Assembly (NCBI GenBank): GCA_964016885.1
Contig: OZ024747.1
Span: 48,360,001-48,424,000 of the forward strand
Reading direction: 5' to 3'
Length of the DNA: 64,000 nucleotides
From: Eledone cirrhosa
Lineage: Eukaryota
Of this stretch, positions 1-13,345 are shown piece after piece. Numbering within the stretch: the stretch's first letter is position 1; each line of letters starts with the position of its first letter. The notes below the pieces were generated by a model. That model saw only the letters and a program-made list of their open reading frames with translations. It did not search any database and was not told the DNA's origin. The translations under genes and the position numbers were made by a program.

Positions 1-1555
1 GGTCTGCTCTCACCACGTCCGCCCATATTTTTCGTGGTCTTCCTCTACTACGGCTTCCCACTACTGGGATTTCTTGGCACTCCTTTACCCAGCGGTCATC
101 CTCCATGCGCATCACATGTCCATACCATCGCAGTCTTCTTTCCCGCACACTACAACTTATCCCTCTTATACACAGTTTCTCTCTCATCTCGTCTATGCCT
201 GGTCGTTCACGCACATTGACATTGCACATTCAACGGAGCATGCTTTCCTCATTTCTCTCCAGCCGTCGCATATTCTCTGCAATTGCTGCCCATATCTCAC
301 AACCATGCAGCATCGTGCATCTCACACAGGCATCATATAACCGGCCTTTCGTACACAGGGAGAAACCCTTCTTTGTCAACAGAGGAAGCAGCTCCCTAAA
401 CTTCTTCCAGTCCGTCCTTATTCTAGATACAACTCCCTTGATAATCAGATCACCTAGGTACCGGAAGCTATCAACCACTTCTATAGAACCCACCTGCATT
501 TGAAAAATGTGTCGATCACTGTGACTTCTACTGTCACATTTCCCTGTACATCTACTGTATATGTAGTTTTCCCTACCTGTTAATTTGCCTGCTATCCCAC
601 TACATCTCTCCTGTATCCAAGATCTTCTTTGCGTACATTTTATAGAATTTATGCCAGCTCCTTTTCTACATATCGAACATGGTCATTTCCCTGATGGAAT
701 CAGAGTTTTGTATTATTTTCTACTTATCAACACTTTTGTCTTAGCTAGGTTCACTCTCAGTCCCCTGATTCCAACTACTGTTTTCATAGCCATTCTCTAG
801 CTCCTCTATTGACTCTGCTATAAGTACTAGATCGTCAGCACAGAGAGGTTTCCATGAGCAGCCAGTCTTAAATTGCTCTGTCATGGCTTGGAGGACTATA
901 ATGAACAAGAGCGGGCTGAGGACCGAACCCAGATGTAAACCTACTTGTAGCTGGAATTCCTCACTAAACTCCATACCTACTCTCACTTTACTGACAGCAC
1001 CCCTGTACATAGCTTGCACTGTCCTCACAAGTCATTCCTCTACATCTAGTTTCCTTAGGGACAACCAGATGACAGATCGGGGTATCCTATGAAAGGCCTT
1101 CTCTAGGTCAACAAAAGTATAGTGGCTTATTCTTCTCTAAGAACCTCTCTTGTAGTTGTCTCACTAAGAAGAGGGCATCTATTGTACTTTTCCCAGGCAC
1201 AAAAGCAAACTGCATCTCATCTAATTTGACCTTTTCTTTAATTAGTTGTGCTAATATTCTTTCCGCCACTTTCATAACCTGATCCATCAGTTTTATGCCC
1301 CTATAATTGCTCCTCTCCAGAGCATCCCTTTACCTTTGTAGCAATTTATGAGAATACTGCGGCCTTACCATTTTTCATTTCCTTAATTGCCTCTTGGAAT
1401 CTATGGTCAACAACATCCTGATTTACACTGACACTCTGCCTTGCAATGCGGAACACCGCACGTCTCTGATCTTCCCGTCGCAGAACATTGGCAAACCTCC
1501 TACTCTCAGCCTCCCGCGTGCTAAGTAAACTTGACGTCTAGCTTCTCTTTTATCT
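1..1555 (-). mobile_element. Decayed RTE-clade LINE fragment (RT domain, frameshifted)
   Basis: ORFs 741-1028 (GLHLGSVLSPLLF...LCADDLVLIAES) and 230-499 (VVDSFRYLGD...KGRLYDACVRCTMLHGCEIW); upstream reads FVDLEKAF-like. Confidence 0.9.
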
Positions 1556-2097
1556 GTCTCTACTAATATATATATATATATGATATATTAGGCTCCGTTA
1601 ATTTGTTGAGTTAATTCAAATGTCGAATAAACCTGGCTGCTATTTTTAGTGGTGTGAGTTTGTGAGACACGCTACGTTCAGATACCATGTGCGTTATTAT
1701 ATATACGCACACTATTCAGTTTTTTAATATACTTAGAAGTGACCAGGATACTAATTCTTCACCCACCCATGAGCTAGAATCGGTATTCCTCTTCACAATT
1801 AACTTTGCGAAACAGCAATGCCAAAGCTGTGTGGGTGATTGGTAGTTACCACAATTCCGGTTTGTATTTATTTTCTTGATTTATTCTTAAATTGAGTCTG
1901 GCAAACCCTATTGTCTATAGTTAGTTTTCTTTTCACCTTAGCGAATCTGGTCCCTTACGATTTGAACACATATATGTATATATCTGTACTCGGTTTTCTT
2001 TTATATTCAATTACAATATACGGCTCGGAAAAATCTCTTTCCTAGAACTATTTTATTGTAAGATACTATTTTGAGTTTCTAACTCAATATATACATT

Positions 2098-2142
<45 letters not shown>

Positions 2143-2257
2143 CACACATAGTTTAGTTTTGGAATATTTGTTGATAGAAATTGTTTAAAACTACAAGTGA
2201 AGTCATTCTTTTCCTTTTTTCAAATATACCTAACAGTACCAAGGATTTCACATATTT

Positions 2258-2304
<47 letters not shown>

Positions 2305-2412
2305 AAAGGTAAACAGAAATAACAACACAATCGGTACAGTATATGGAAGGTATATATTAGGTTAACGCTTGATACAGCAGAAAGAGGGTCTTAACGTTTC
2401 GGACGCTAGTCC

Positions 2413-2536
2413 TTTAATATAGAAATGGCTTCTACAGGACTAGAACTGTTTCATTCGGGAGAAATAATCAGGAAGTTCTGATGATTTCTCCCGAATGAAA
2501 CAGTTCTAGTCCCGTAGAAGCCATTTCTATATTAAA
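2413..2536. repeat. Fold-back palindrome carrying a partial hammerhead core
   Basis: Arms of ~57 bp (tttaatatagaaatggcttctac.../...gtagaagccatttctatattaaa); CTGATGA 2478-2484, GAAA 2497-2500, GTC 2509-2511; stem I 5' arm missing. Confidence 0.7.
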
Positions 2537-2604
2537 TATTTATTCTCTGCTTTGTATTGAATACCTTACTTACTGTGGTTACCCCCGATTGAACCCGGGA
2601 TAAA

Positions 2605-2649
<45 letters not shown>

Positions 2650-3681
2650 CTGTGTGAGTGTGTGTGTGTGGGTGTGGGCGTATGTGTGTGTAATCTTTAG
2701 GTTGTTATTCAATACTAATGACATATATATTTATATATATTTTCCGCCCACTTTGTAATATCTGGAATATATGGTAGGAGTGCCACAGTGGCTTTAGACT
2801 GTACACGTACCAATTGATGGAATGGTAATGTGAGAACTATATCTGAATATTCATAGGAATCTCAAATATTGAGATGTTCAACAAAGAGTGAAGTAAGTAA
2901 TGGAGATGAATTGTTTGTATTTTAGAGATTTTAGAGATTTGGTTGTTTCGGTTCTCTGTGCTTTGAGTTCAATATCATATTAAATATATAAAGTATCACT
3001 CCAGGGCAACAGATTGGCAGAATTCTTAAAGAATTATCTGAAAAGGTTATAGATAATCTGAGTATAGATTCCACACCCTTCTGCAAGGAACTGCAGCCGG
3101 CAGATTGTTTCATTAACCGAAAGACCAATGGAAACATACCTTACATGGTCCAATCTGATGATCATAACCTCCTCCTCCTACATCATCATCATCAAAACTG
3201 GTTTCTAATTTTGACACAAGACTAGCAATTTGAAGAGTAGGAGGAAAATCGATTAAATCGACCCCTAGTACTTTATTTTATCGACTCCGTATGGATGAAA
3301 GGCAAAGTTAACCTCAACAAAAATGGAATTATGAAGATATCTGAAGTAATAATTGTGATTGGAAACCGGGCCAGTGTCTCTCAGTTTATCTCTTCCTGTC
3401 ACGTGTGCACTGTTTCACTACAGGATTAATTAGTGAAAATTAATTTGAGGAAGTTTCACGAGAGCAGGGTGTCTATTAGAACCAGTGAACCGTAGATTTG
3501 AGGAAAATAAAATAAAATAAATGATAGAAACACATCGATCAGTATTATCAATAATGTTAAGGATCGATAACATCATTAAAGATCGATAGCACCATTAAAG
3601 ACTAATTAATTTGGGACGGTTAGTTACAACCAATTACCTCTTGAAATTCCATAAGGTTTGATTTCCTTTTTTATTACAAGA

Positions 3682-4035
3682 GTCGATAACATGTAGTACA
3701 GTACCAGTTATGTACTCGGGACGATAAAATGTAGTACCAGTACCAGTTATGGACCAGGGACGATAACATGCAGTACCGGTACCAGTACCAGTCATGTACT
3801 AAGGACGATAAATGTAGTACCAGTACCAGTACCAGTCATGGACTAGGGACGATAAAATATAGTACTAGTACCAGTCATGTACTAGGAACGATAAAATGTA
3901 GTACCAGTACCAGTCATGGACTAGGGACGATAACATGTAGTAACAGTAGCAGCACCAGCCATGGACTAGGGACCTCGTTCCGTTAAAATAAACTACCAGT
4001 CAAGTACTGGGATCGATAAAATCCAGTACCAGTCA
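3682..4035 (+). repeat. Degenerate ~35-bp minisatellite derived from the SINE 3' segment
   Basis: Units like gggacgataaaatgtagtaccagtaccagtcatg(t/g)acta resemble the SINE segment ggggtcgataaaataaagtaccagtaatgtactgg. Confidence 0.7.
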
Positions 4036-4075
4036 TGATATAAAGTGGTCGATATAATCAACTACAGTTATCGTA

Positions 4076-4260
4076 GTGAAGGCGCATGGCTGAGTGGTTA
4101 GAGAATTGGATTCACAATCTTGAGGCTGTGAGTTCGATTCCTGGACCGGGTGATGCGTTATGTCCTTGAGCAAGACACTTTATTTCACGTTGCTCCTTCT
4201 ACCTGGAGTTGCGACCGATAGATAGTACTAGCAACTGGAAAGACCGACGGAAACATTGTT
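4076..4260 (+). mobile_element. tRNA-derived SINE (second family, V-domain-like)
   Basis: A-box tggctgagtgg, B-box gagttcgattcc, then tgtccttgagcaagacacttta; related minus-strand copy at ~53070-53180. Confidence 0.7.
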
Positions 4261-4338
4261 TCCTCGGTCAGATTTGACGAAAGTCGATCGATCCTTTTTT
4301 TTTTACAGCTATCGTTCAGATTCGAGGATTTCTATAAT

Positions 4339-4528
4339 ATAATTGTTTCTACTTTTAGCACAAGGCCAGCAATTATCCCAGTGCATTACTGGTACTTTAT
4401 TTTATCAACCCCGTAAGGATGAAAAGCAAAGTTAACCTCGGCGGGATTTGAACTCAGACCGTAAAGGGACGTAACTATGCTAGAAAACATGGCGTCCGGC
4501 CCTCTACCGATACTGCCAATTCATTCCA
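4339..4528 (-). mobile_element. tRNA-derived SINE, major ~190-bp family
   Basis: Matches many copies in the window; B-box gagttcaaatccc, body gaggttaactttgcctttcatcc, tail gtagaaacaattatt. Confidence 0.85.
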
Positions 4529-4623
4529 CTACGGTTATTATTCGCAAGACAATCTCACTGATAAACAATGGAACGAAATATATTAATAATATACACGTAG
4601 CCCCCCCCCCCATATATTTGCAT

Positions 4624-4706
<83 letters not shown>

Positions 4707-4886
4707 TATATATACACATATATGTCTGTATTTATGTGTGTGTATATATATATATATATATATACACACAAATACAGACATATATGTGTATATATATGAA
4801 TATATATATATATATGTATATTTGCATATACATATATACATATATATATATATATATTCATATATATAGACATATATGTCTGTATT

Positions 4887-4918
<32 letters not shown>

Positions 4919-5261
4919 CACACACATGCACACATATATATACATATATGTATGTGTGTTTATACACACATATGTAAACAACTACTCTTGTTTGAAGGTG
5001 TAATTATAACGAGCGAGACGAGATTCTTTGTATCAAAATAGTAAAAATTCCACCATCTTATATACAGTTTGATCTGGTTGTTGCTGTTTTGTTTGTTGTT
5101 GTTAATATGTGTGTGTGTATATATATATATATAATATATATATATAATATATATATATATATGTATATATATATGTAAGTGTGAGTGTGTATGTGTGTGT
5201 TTGTATACGCAGTCACATATATGTATGTTTATATATGCAGTATATACATATCATTGGGTTT

Positions 5262-5349
<88 letters not shown>

Positions 5350-5529
5350 ATATATAGATTGTGGTTGTGTTGTTGTTGTTGTTGCTGTTGTTGGTTATAA
5401 ACACTTAGCCATGTATTCAGTTTAACACAACGGAACGTGTTTCTATGCTTCACTACATCACTTAAATCTGAACACAAAAATGACAATTACATGCTGAGCA
5501 TTAATAGAAACTTTATCATCATCATCATC

Positions 5530-5707
5530 GTCGTTTCTACTTTTGGCACAAGGCCAGCAATTATCCCAATGTATTACTGGTACTTTATTTTATCGAGCGC
5601 CGTAAGGATGAAAGGCAAAGTTAACCTCGGCGGGATTTGAACTCAGAACGTAAAGGGCCATAACTCTATACCGCAAAGCATGGTGTCTGACGCTCTACCG
5701 ATACTAC
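5530..5707 (-). mobile_element. Major SINE copy
   Basis: Same consensus as 4339-4528. Confidence 0.85.
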
Positions 5708-5713
5708 TAATCC

Positions 5714-5765
<52 letters not shown>

Positions 5766-5925
5766 TGATGATGATAATGGTTTCTTTATTGGCCACAAGG
5801 ACTAACATGATAATGATAATGATAATAATAATATTCATCATCATCATCATCACCTTCATCATTATCACCTTCATCATCATCAAAATCATCATCATCATCA
5901 CCGTCATCATCACCATCATTATCAC

Positions 5926-5960
<35 letters not shown>

Positions 5961-6159
5961 CCATCATCATCACCACCATCATCACCACCATCATCACCAT
6001 CATCATCATCATCATCACCACCATCATCACCATCATCATCACCACCATCATCACCACCATTATCACCACCATCATCATCACCACCATCATCACCGTCATC
6101 ATCACCACCATCATCACCACCATCATCATCATCATCATCACCATCACCATCATCATCAC

Positions 6160-6192
<33 letters not shown>
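5708..6192. repeat. (TAA)n/(CAT)n/(CAC)n trinucleotide tract
   Basis: Direct reading; the poly-M/I ORFs are artefacts. Confidence 0.95.
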
Positions 6193-6859
6193 ATTTAGGA
6201 AGTCAAATATTCCTTCGATTCTTAAATTTTGCTATATAAACAAATGAGATAAGTCAACCGGAAGTTAAACGGAGCAACCAATTTATTGATAACCGGAAGG
6301 AATGAAATTTATTCAACAACAGTATATGAAGCCATTCGGTTGAAACATTCAGGTACATTTGCTGAACAGCAAATAATAGACTCGTTCATTAAGTGGCTCT
6401 TAAAAACCAGTATTACCCACACAAAATAAAATAAATGAGAAAACCCTAAACAAATAATTTTAAGATTAAATAAGAAAAGTAAAATAAAAACAGAAGAAAA
6501 TAAAGAAACTAACAAAAAAACTTATTAAATGGAGACACTATTTGAAGTTATTTTTCAACCGGGAAACAGCAAATTTTTCTGATTTACTCACTCTCTCCTC
6601 TCTTACTCATTCCCCCTTTATCTCTCTCTCTCTCCCTCTCTCTGTATATATATATATATATTTTTTTTTATAAAATATATATATATATATATATATTATA
6701 TTCTTTTTGAATTGAGTTTGAATTATTTTCCCACTTCTTACGTTAACTATTTTTCCATTTTGACGCTATAGCCACTTATATATTATGGAATACTGTTGGC
6801 TTCTTGCTACAATAATTTCTATACTTTTCATTTATATATATTATATATATATATATATG

Positions 6860-6928
<69 letters not shown>

Positions 6929-6929
<1 letters not shown>

Positions 6930-7379
6930 GATATTAAACAAATGGAAACTATATTTATAAAACCATATTTATTTCATTATACATATTTCAGGGATACCAT
7001 ATTAAAAATATGGCATGCCTTCGTCAGATAAAATACAATATATAAACAGTTTTATAAATAATTTTGACGTACCATATTATAAGCGACCATTATATTAGGA
7101 AGCTCTCTGGATAGACAGCTTCCTAATATAATGGTCGCTTATAATATGGTACGTCAAAATTATTTATAAAACTGTTTATATATTGTATTTTATCTGACGA
7201 AGGCATGCCATATTTTTAATATGGTATCCCTGAAATATGTATAATGAAATAAATATGGTTTTATAAATATAGTTTCCATTTGTTTAATATCGTATATCTA
7301 CTCCAAAAACTTGTCGAGTGCTTTATATCAGTTATAAAATATTTACTTGTTGTAACCCAACAATTTTAAATAAAACTTT

Positions 7380-7382
<3 letters not shown>
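6929..7382 (+). mobile_element. (TA)n-embedded palindromic HHR element, family A (Penelope-pLTR/retrozyme-like)
   Basis: ~176-bp matching inverted arms centred at 7110/7111 plus a unique 3' tail 7298-7382; homologous to 47789-48237. Confidence 0.85.
7186..7251 (+). ncRNA. Type I hammerhead ribozyme (mirror copy on minus strand 6970-7035)
   Basis: Stem I TATTTTAT/ATGAAATA; CTGACGA 7194-7200; stem II AGG.C.ATGCCATA/TATGGTAT.C.CCT; GAAA 7232-7235; short stem III; AUA cleavage after 7243. Confidence 0.85.
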
Positions 7383-7449
<67 letters not shown>

Positions 7450-7452
<3 letters not shown>

Positions 7453-7670
7453 CAAAGGAATTGTGGTAAGGAACAAGATGGACCATAACGCACCAGAATA
7501 CTCAATACTTAGGGTAGTAGAGTGGGAAATAGGAAAAAGTATGACCCCGATGGCAGAGCTCAAGCCGTTTCGACGGCTATTTCTGGACTATTTCCGGCTA
7601 TTTCCGTCCAGAAATAGCCAGAAATAGCCATCGAAACGGCTTGAGCTCTGCCGTCGGGGTCGTACTTTTT

Positions 7671-7675
<5 letters not shown>
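7450..7675 (-). mobile_element. (TA)n-embedded fold-back element, hairpin 7529-7675
   Basis: ~60-bp inverted arms with a unique tail at 7450-7528; has cgaaac but no CTGANGA. Confidence 0.65.
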
Positions 7676-7717
<42 letters not shown>

Positions 7718-8309
7718 TATAATTACGTTAAGTCTATACATATATAACGTATATTGATTAAGTTATTCAACTAGATGTATAAAAGTTACTTTTTTGTATA
7801 TGTTTTGTATATAAGTATATATATATATATATATATGTATATACATGTATGTCTGTGTTTATAGGCACATATATTTATGTAGATATATAATATGCATAAG
7901 TATACGTACAACGTTTCTTACGCACACACTCACATACATACATACACACACACATACATATATATTATCATATATACGCACACACACTCACACTTATATG
8001 TACGTATATATATATATATATCTCCAGAGAGGGAGAGAGAGAGAGATGGAATAAGGCGCCAGTATATTTTCTCGACTTTAATATAGTCTGTTGTTTGGTC
8101 TATTAAACTATATCTAAGCTATGTAAGCCAGAGCTGAGCTGCTGCTGCTGATAAATGGTATTTGATGTAATATATCTAATATTGTATATGTCGGCAGAAC
8201 ACTGCCGTTAGATAATCATTCATTGTTTCGTCATTCATTAAATGGGCAGTCACTATTTATTGGTAAAAAGGATTCGTGCTTGAGTGTGCATACACAAACA
8301 CATACACAC

Positions 8310-8384
<75 letters not shown>

Positions 8385-8388
<4 letters not shown>

Positions 8389-8732
8389 AAAGTTAAACAA
8401 GGTTCAATGAATACATCAAAGAATGAGTTTTACAAAAGATTGGATGCACTCAACAGTAAAAAGGTTTTCCAGAGTTATTAATATTAATTCAAAATATTAA
8501 CAACATAGATATTCTTGTGATCAATTATATTTTATTATACATATTTCAGAGGTACTGAGTTAAGTTCAACAGTACGTCCTCATCAGAAAAAATAAGATGA
8601 TGCTTGACATACCCATGCATCATCTTATTTTATCTGATGAGGACGTACTGTTGAACTTAACTCAGTACCTCTGAAATATGTATAATAAAATATAATTGAT
8701 CACAAGAATATCTGTTTTGTTAATATTTTGAA

Positions 8733-8739
<7 letters not shown>
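8385..8739 (-). mobile_element. (TA)n-embedded palindromic HHR element, family B
   Basis: Inverted arms 8481-8603/8617-8739; tail 8385-8440 recurs in reverse at 33305-33364. Confidence 0.85.
8626..8692 (+). ncRNA. Type I hammerhead ribozyme (mirror copy on minus strand 8528-8594)
   Basis: Stem I TATTTTAT/ATAAAATA (8 bp); CTGATGA 8634-8640; stem II GGA.C.GTACTG/CAGTAC.C.TCT; GAAA 8673-8676; AUA cleavage after 8684. Confidence 0.88.
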
Positions 8740-8805
<66 letters not shown>

Positions 8806-8851
8806 GAATGAGTGTGTTTGTGTGTCAGTAGAAAGAAGTGCAGGACCAAAC

Positions 8852-8936
<85 letters not shown>

Positions 8937-8955
8937 CATATATATATCTGTATGT

Positions 8956-9011
<56 letters not shown>

Positions 9012-9377
9012 GTATGTAAGAGGTAGACAGAAATAAAACAAGCGGCATAATATATGAAAGGAATATATTAGTTTAACGCTTGAAATAGCAGGAAGAGGGT
9101 CTTATATATCAAATTGTGTCCTAAACTGTCGAAGTGTGTGTATACGCATGGGTCTCTGTTTATGTCCCGTAACTAAGCATTTATACCAAAAAGATCGCTG
9201 AAATAAATACCAGACTTGAAAAAAATGTACCTGGGACGATATGATCGACTAACTCATTCCAAGATCGTGCCCCATCATGGCCGCAGTCTAGTGATTGAAA
9301 CTAGTAAAAGAATAAAATAGTATAAGAATAAACAAATAAACACAATTTTTATTTATTAAATATTTAATTTCAATGTC

Positions 9378-9417
<40 letters not shown>

Positions 9418-9466
9418 TACACCCATACCTCTTACAGCATCTTCCATATCATCATTACTATCAAGA

Positions 9467-9825
9467 GGGTCGGACGTTATGCTTTCACGCATAGAGTTAC
9501 AATTCTGAGTTCAAATCCCGCCGAGGTCAACTTTGCCTTTCATCCTTACGGGGTCGATAAAATAAAGTACCAGTAATGTACTGGGGTAATTGCTGGCCTT
9601 GTGCCAAAAAGTAGAAACAATTATTATCATCAAGAGCGGTGAATTGGCAGTATCGGTAGAGGGTTCGACACCATGCTTTCTAGCATAGTTACGTCCCTTT
9701 ATGGTCTGAGTTCAAATCCCACCGAGGTTAACTTTGCCTTTCATCCTTACGGGGTCGATAAAATAAAGTACCAGTAATGTACTGGGGTAATTGCTGGCCT
9801 TGTGCCAAAAAGTAGAAACAATTAT
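9467..9825 (+). mobile_element. Two tandem major SINE copies
   Basis: Consensus repeated at ~9467-9625 and ~9635-9825. Confidence 0.85.
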
Positions 9826-10028
9826 CATCATTACCACTACCATCCTAATCACCATTAGTAATTATTACCGTCACCATGGTAATCATGATCATTATCATCA
9901 TCAGACCTTAGAAAGAAAAAAAGGGAGCGAAATAATAAAAAAAGATGCTGGCGTCCATTAATAAAACTATATTGTTTTCCACGTTAAATATAAATAAATA
10001 AATATATATAAATATGTATATATATATA

Positions 10029-10082
<54 letters not shown>

Positions 10083-10131
10083 TGTGGTGTGTGTACGTGA
10101 GAGTATATGTTTAAATATTATATATACATAT

Positions 10132-10162
<31 letters not shown>

Positions 10163-10178
10163 ATAAACTTTGAAAGAA

Positions 10179-10217
<39 letters not shown>

Positions 10218-10343
10218 ATATATATATATATGTATGTAATATATATATATATATGTAATATATATATATATATATATGTAATATATATATATATGTATAT
10301 GTAATATATATATATATGTAATATATATATATATGTATGTATA

Positions 10344-10378
<35 letters not shown>

Positions 10379-10915
10379 GTGTACATATGATATATATATA
10401 TATATATGCGTGTGCGTGTATTTATATGTATATATTATATGGGATACAATAATATTTGTTCGAAGTTGTAGCAGACTTGGCGTCTGGTTGAAGAAATCAA
10501 ATTCTCAAAACCATCAAGCTGTGGCGCCAGGTATCAATGATTTGTAATTTGTCTTTAGTCAGGTGTCATAATTCGATCTCCTACCTGTTTAACCAACACA
10601 ATCATTGGTTCCTTATAAAAGCCAGCAAGTTTGGGCAAGGATTTCAGTTGCCAAACGCGAAACTTTGCATTTCTGGTCGTTCTTTCATCTGGTGTATCCA
10701 CAGAAACGGTATGTTTTCAATTTAGTTCTCATCTGTTCTTTCATTGTTTTAGTCATTCCTATTAACCCCCAGTACTTATTGATTCTTTTTTCAAGTTTAC
10801 TACATATTTTGCCGATCTCTTTCTGGTCAATTTCTAAGCTACGAGATAAACAATGACACAAGCGTAAATATAGACACGGACACAAACACACATATCTATC
10901 TACCTACCTACCTAC

Positions 10916-10976
<61 letters not shown>

Positions 10977-11098
10977 CTATTGAGGACTGTATTGTTAATT
11001 TTATATTTGTTATTTGTTTTTTACTCGTTCTTTTATGTAAACTCCCCCCTTTGTATTTGTCCCCTTCTTTTGTGCCCTCGTGGCTAATAAATAGAAAC

Positions 11099-11100
<2 letters not shown>
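10977..11100 (+). mobile_element. Isolated 3' UTR end of the Tx1-like family inside (TATC)n
   Basis: tatgtaaactcccccctttgtatttgtccc...aataaa matches the 3' end of the full element at 16925-16980; TATC repeats on both sides. Confidence 0.8.
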
Positions 11101-11186
<86 letters not shown>

Positions 11187-11436
11187 AACAATCTGTTCTA
11201 CAGTGTGGATGTCATTCACTTCGCACAGAAGTTTTGTTCAAATTTATTGAGGAAATTTTGTGAGTTCAAACTTAATTTTGATACAATTGTGTAGCTTGAC
11301 CCTCCGTCTGAACTGTCAGGCGGTGGGTCAGCTCATCTTTACCCCTCCTAGAGGTGAAAAACCTGTTTTAAAAAATTTTGTGTAAAAAATTTCAATCGTC
11401 TAACAGAAATGTTAAACGCAGCGAACGAAAATAGTT

Positions 11437-13311
11437 GTGGGGGGGACAGCGGTAAGAGTTGTAAGCTCGCACGCTTTAGTCCCCCCTTCCTTCCCAACTA
11501 ACGTCATAGAGAAGGAAGGAAAAATTAAAATAAAAACAGACGAATCTGCGGAGAAAAAAAATGACGAAAACACAAATCTGGACATGGATTCCAACAACGA
11601 AAAAAAAAAATTTGAAAAATTGCATGACAATACTAATAACACAAACAAAGACACAACAAACACAAAAATAACATTTGAAAATAACACCATAACAGAAAGC
11701 AAAGCAGACGACAAGATTTCATTTGCACAGAAAACAAAGAAATCTTTGACTTATATAGCGGAAAATATTTCAGATGTGGCACGAAGGATCACAGACGCCA
11801 AACAATACATAAGTGAAAGAGAGAATGGTATTTTATCGGTAAAAATGCCTCAAGAATTCACCAAAGACATTGAAAGCCGAACGGTCAAGTTTCGGACCAT
11901 CAACAACAGTACAAAAAAACCTGAACAGCCTTCTCAAGCAGATATCAAAACAGTACTCACAGAAGTACTTAATGAAACCACTTTCATAAGAAAAGACAGA
12001 CTGTATGGAAGCCTAGCAATTATCATGAAGAACGAATCGGCGGCAAAAAAATGTGCTTTGTCACCGATTCGTTCGAAAAATTTCACCTTTTATCCATCTT
12101 ATATGGGGAAAAGAACTCAACGCATATGGCTGGATGCAATGATGCCAGATGTGGACTACTGCTGGCTCATAGCTGGCTTCATCGATCCAGTGAATGACAA
12201 CGTGATTTCCATTGGGAAAACCACAGGCAATGCGTTCAGTGGAACAGATATAGAGCTGGTAGTGCAAATGAAGCCTGAACGCATCGCCCAAATACCCGAC
12301 AGAATCCTATTAGAGGACCACGGGTATATAAAAATTAGCGTGGAGGGGAGAAGGCCGTCCTGCCATATCTGTGCAGGCAGAGGGCACCTGAAGGCCGCTT
12401 GTCCCCAACTCAACAAAAAGAAAACCCTGCTACCAACACCAGCTCCACCACCACCACCACCACAACAGATAAACAAACAACAAAACTCAGTCCCACCCAA
12501 CCCGTCCCTCAGTAAAACCACAACACCATCACAACACAAACAGTCACAACACATTACCCCAAAACAAAATACAGGCCCACCCAACCTCTCACTCAATAAA
12601 ACAACACAACCACCGCAGACATAACACACAACACAGTCTAACATAGTGACATCCATCTCCCCCACAAAGAAAACCAACACGGAAACATTACCAGCAAACA
12701 TACCTCTTCCCTCCAACACTGAAGATAACCCAACGAATTCGGAGGAAGAAACGGAGTCCTTCAGACAGATTAAAAGGAAAAAAAGAAAACATGTGCAAAA
12801 CACACAAGGCCAAACAACCCCCACCCAAATCTCAACACAATCCAACAAAACAGGAAACACCCCTCCAGCAACAAACAAAACCAAACCTGCCCCTCCCCTC
12901 TTCGAAACACTCACACCATCCGAAAAAAAGACATTACACTATACTTACATCAACGGAAACAATAATAAATTAAATGAACTCATATACAATAATCCTTCGG
13001 TACAAACCGAAGGTGTAAACTTTGTTTCGTCAGAAAACTACCCACATTTAAAATTAATAAAGATCCCAATGAACCTCTACCAAAAACTAAAAAAAGGATT
13101 TTAAGGAGGACGTAGGACCACCCTCTGTCAAACCCATAAACCGCGTCCTACTAAAAAGCTTTCCCCCTCCCCTTCCCCTCCCCAACACAACTCCAAACAC
13201 CCCAACCCCACCACACACTGACAACCCCACACCACCACAAGACACCCCTTCACCCAACACCCCCGACCCCATGGAAGTCGTGCAACCCGAACCCCGGGAA
13301 GCGGAAAGGTA
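11437..13311 (+). pseudogene. Tx1-like ORF1 (gag-like, CHICAGRGHLKAAC knuckle, P/T-rich tail), disrupted
   Basis: ORFs 11437-12624 and 12646-13104 are in frame across a stop; the tail appears frameshifted up to the TAG near 13311. Confidence 0.8.
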
Positions 13312-13345
13312 GGTCTCTACACTCTCCTTTGGCTCTGCCGCCCAC

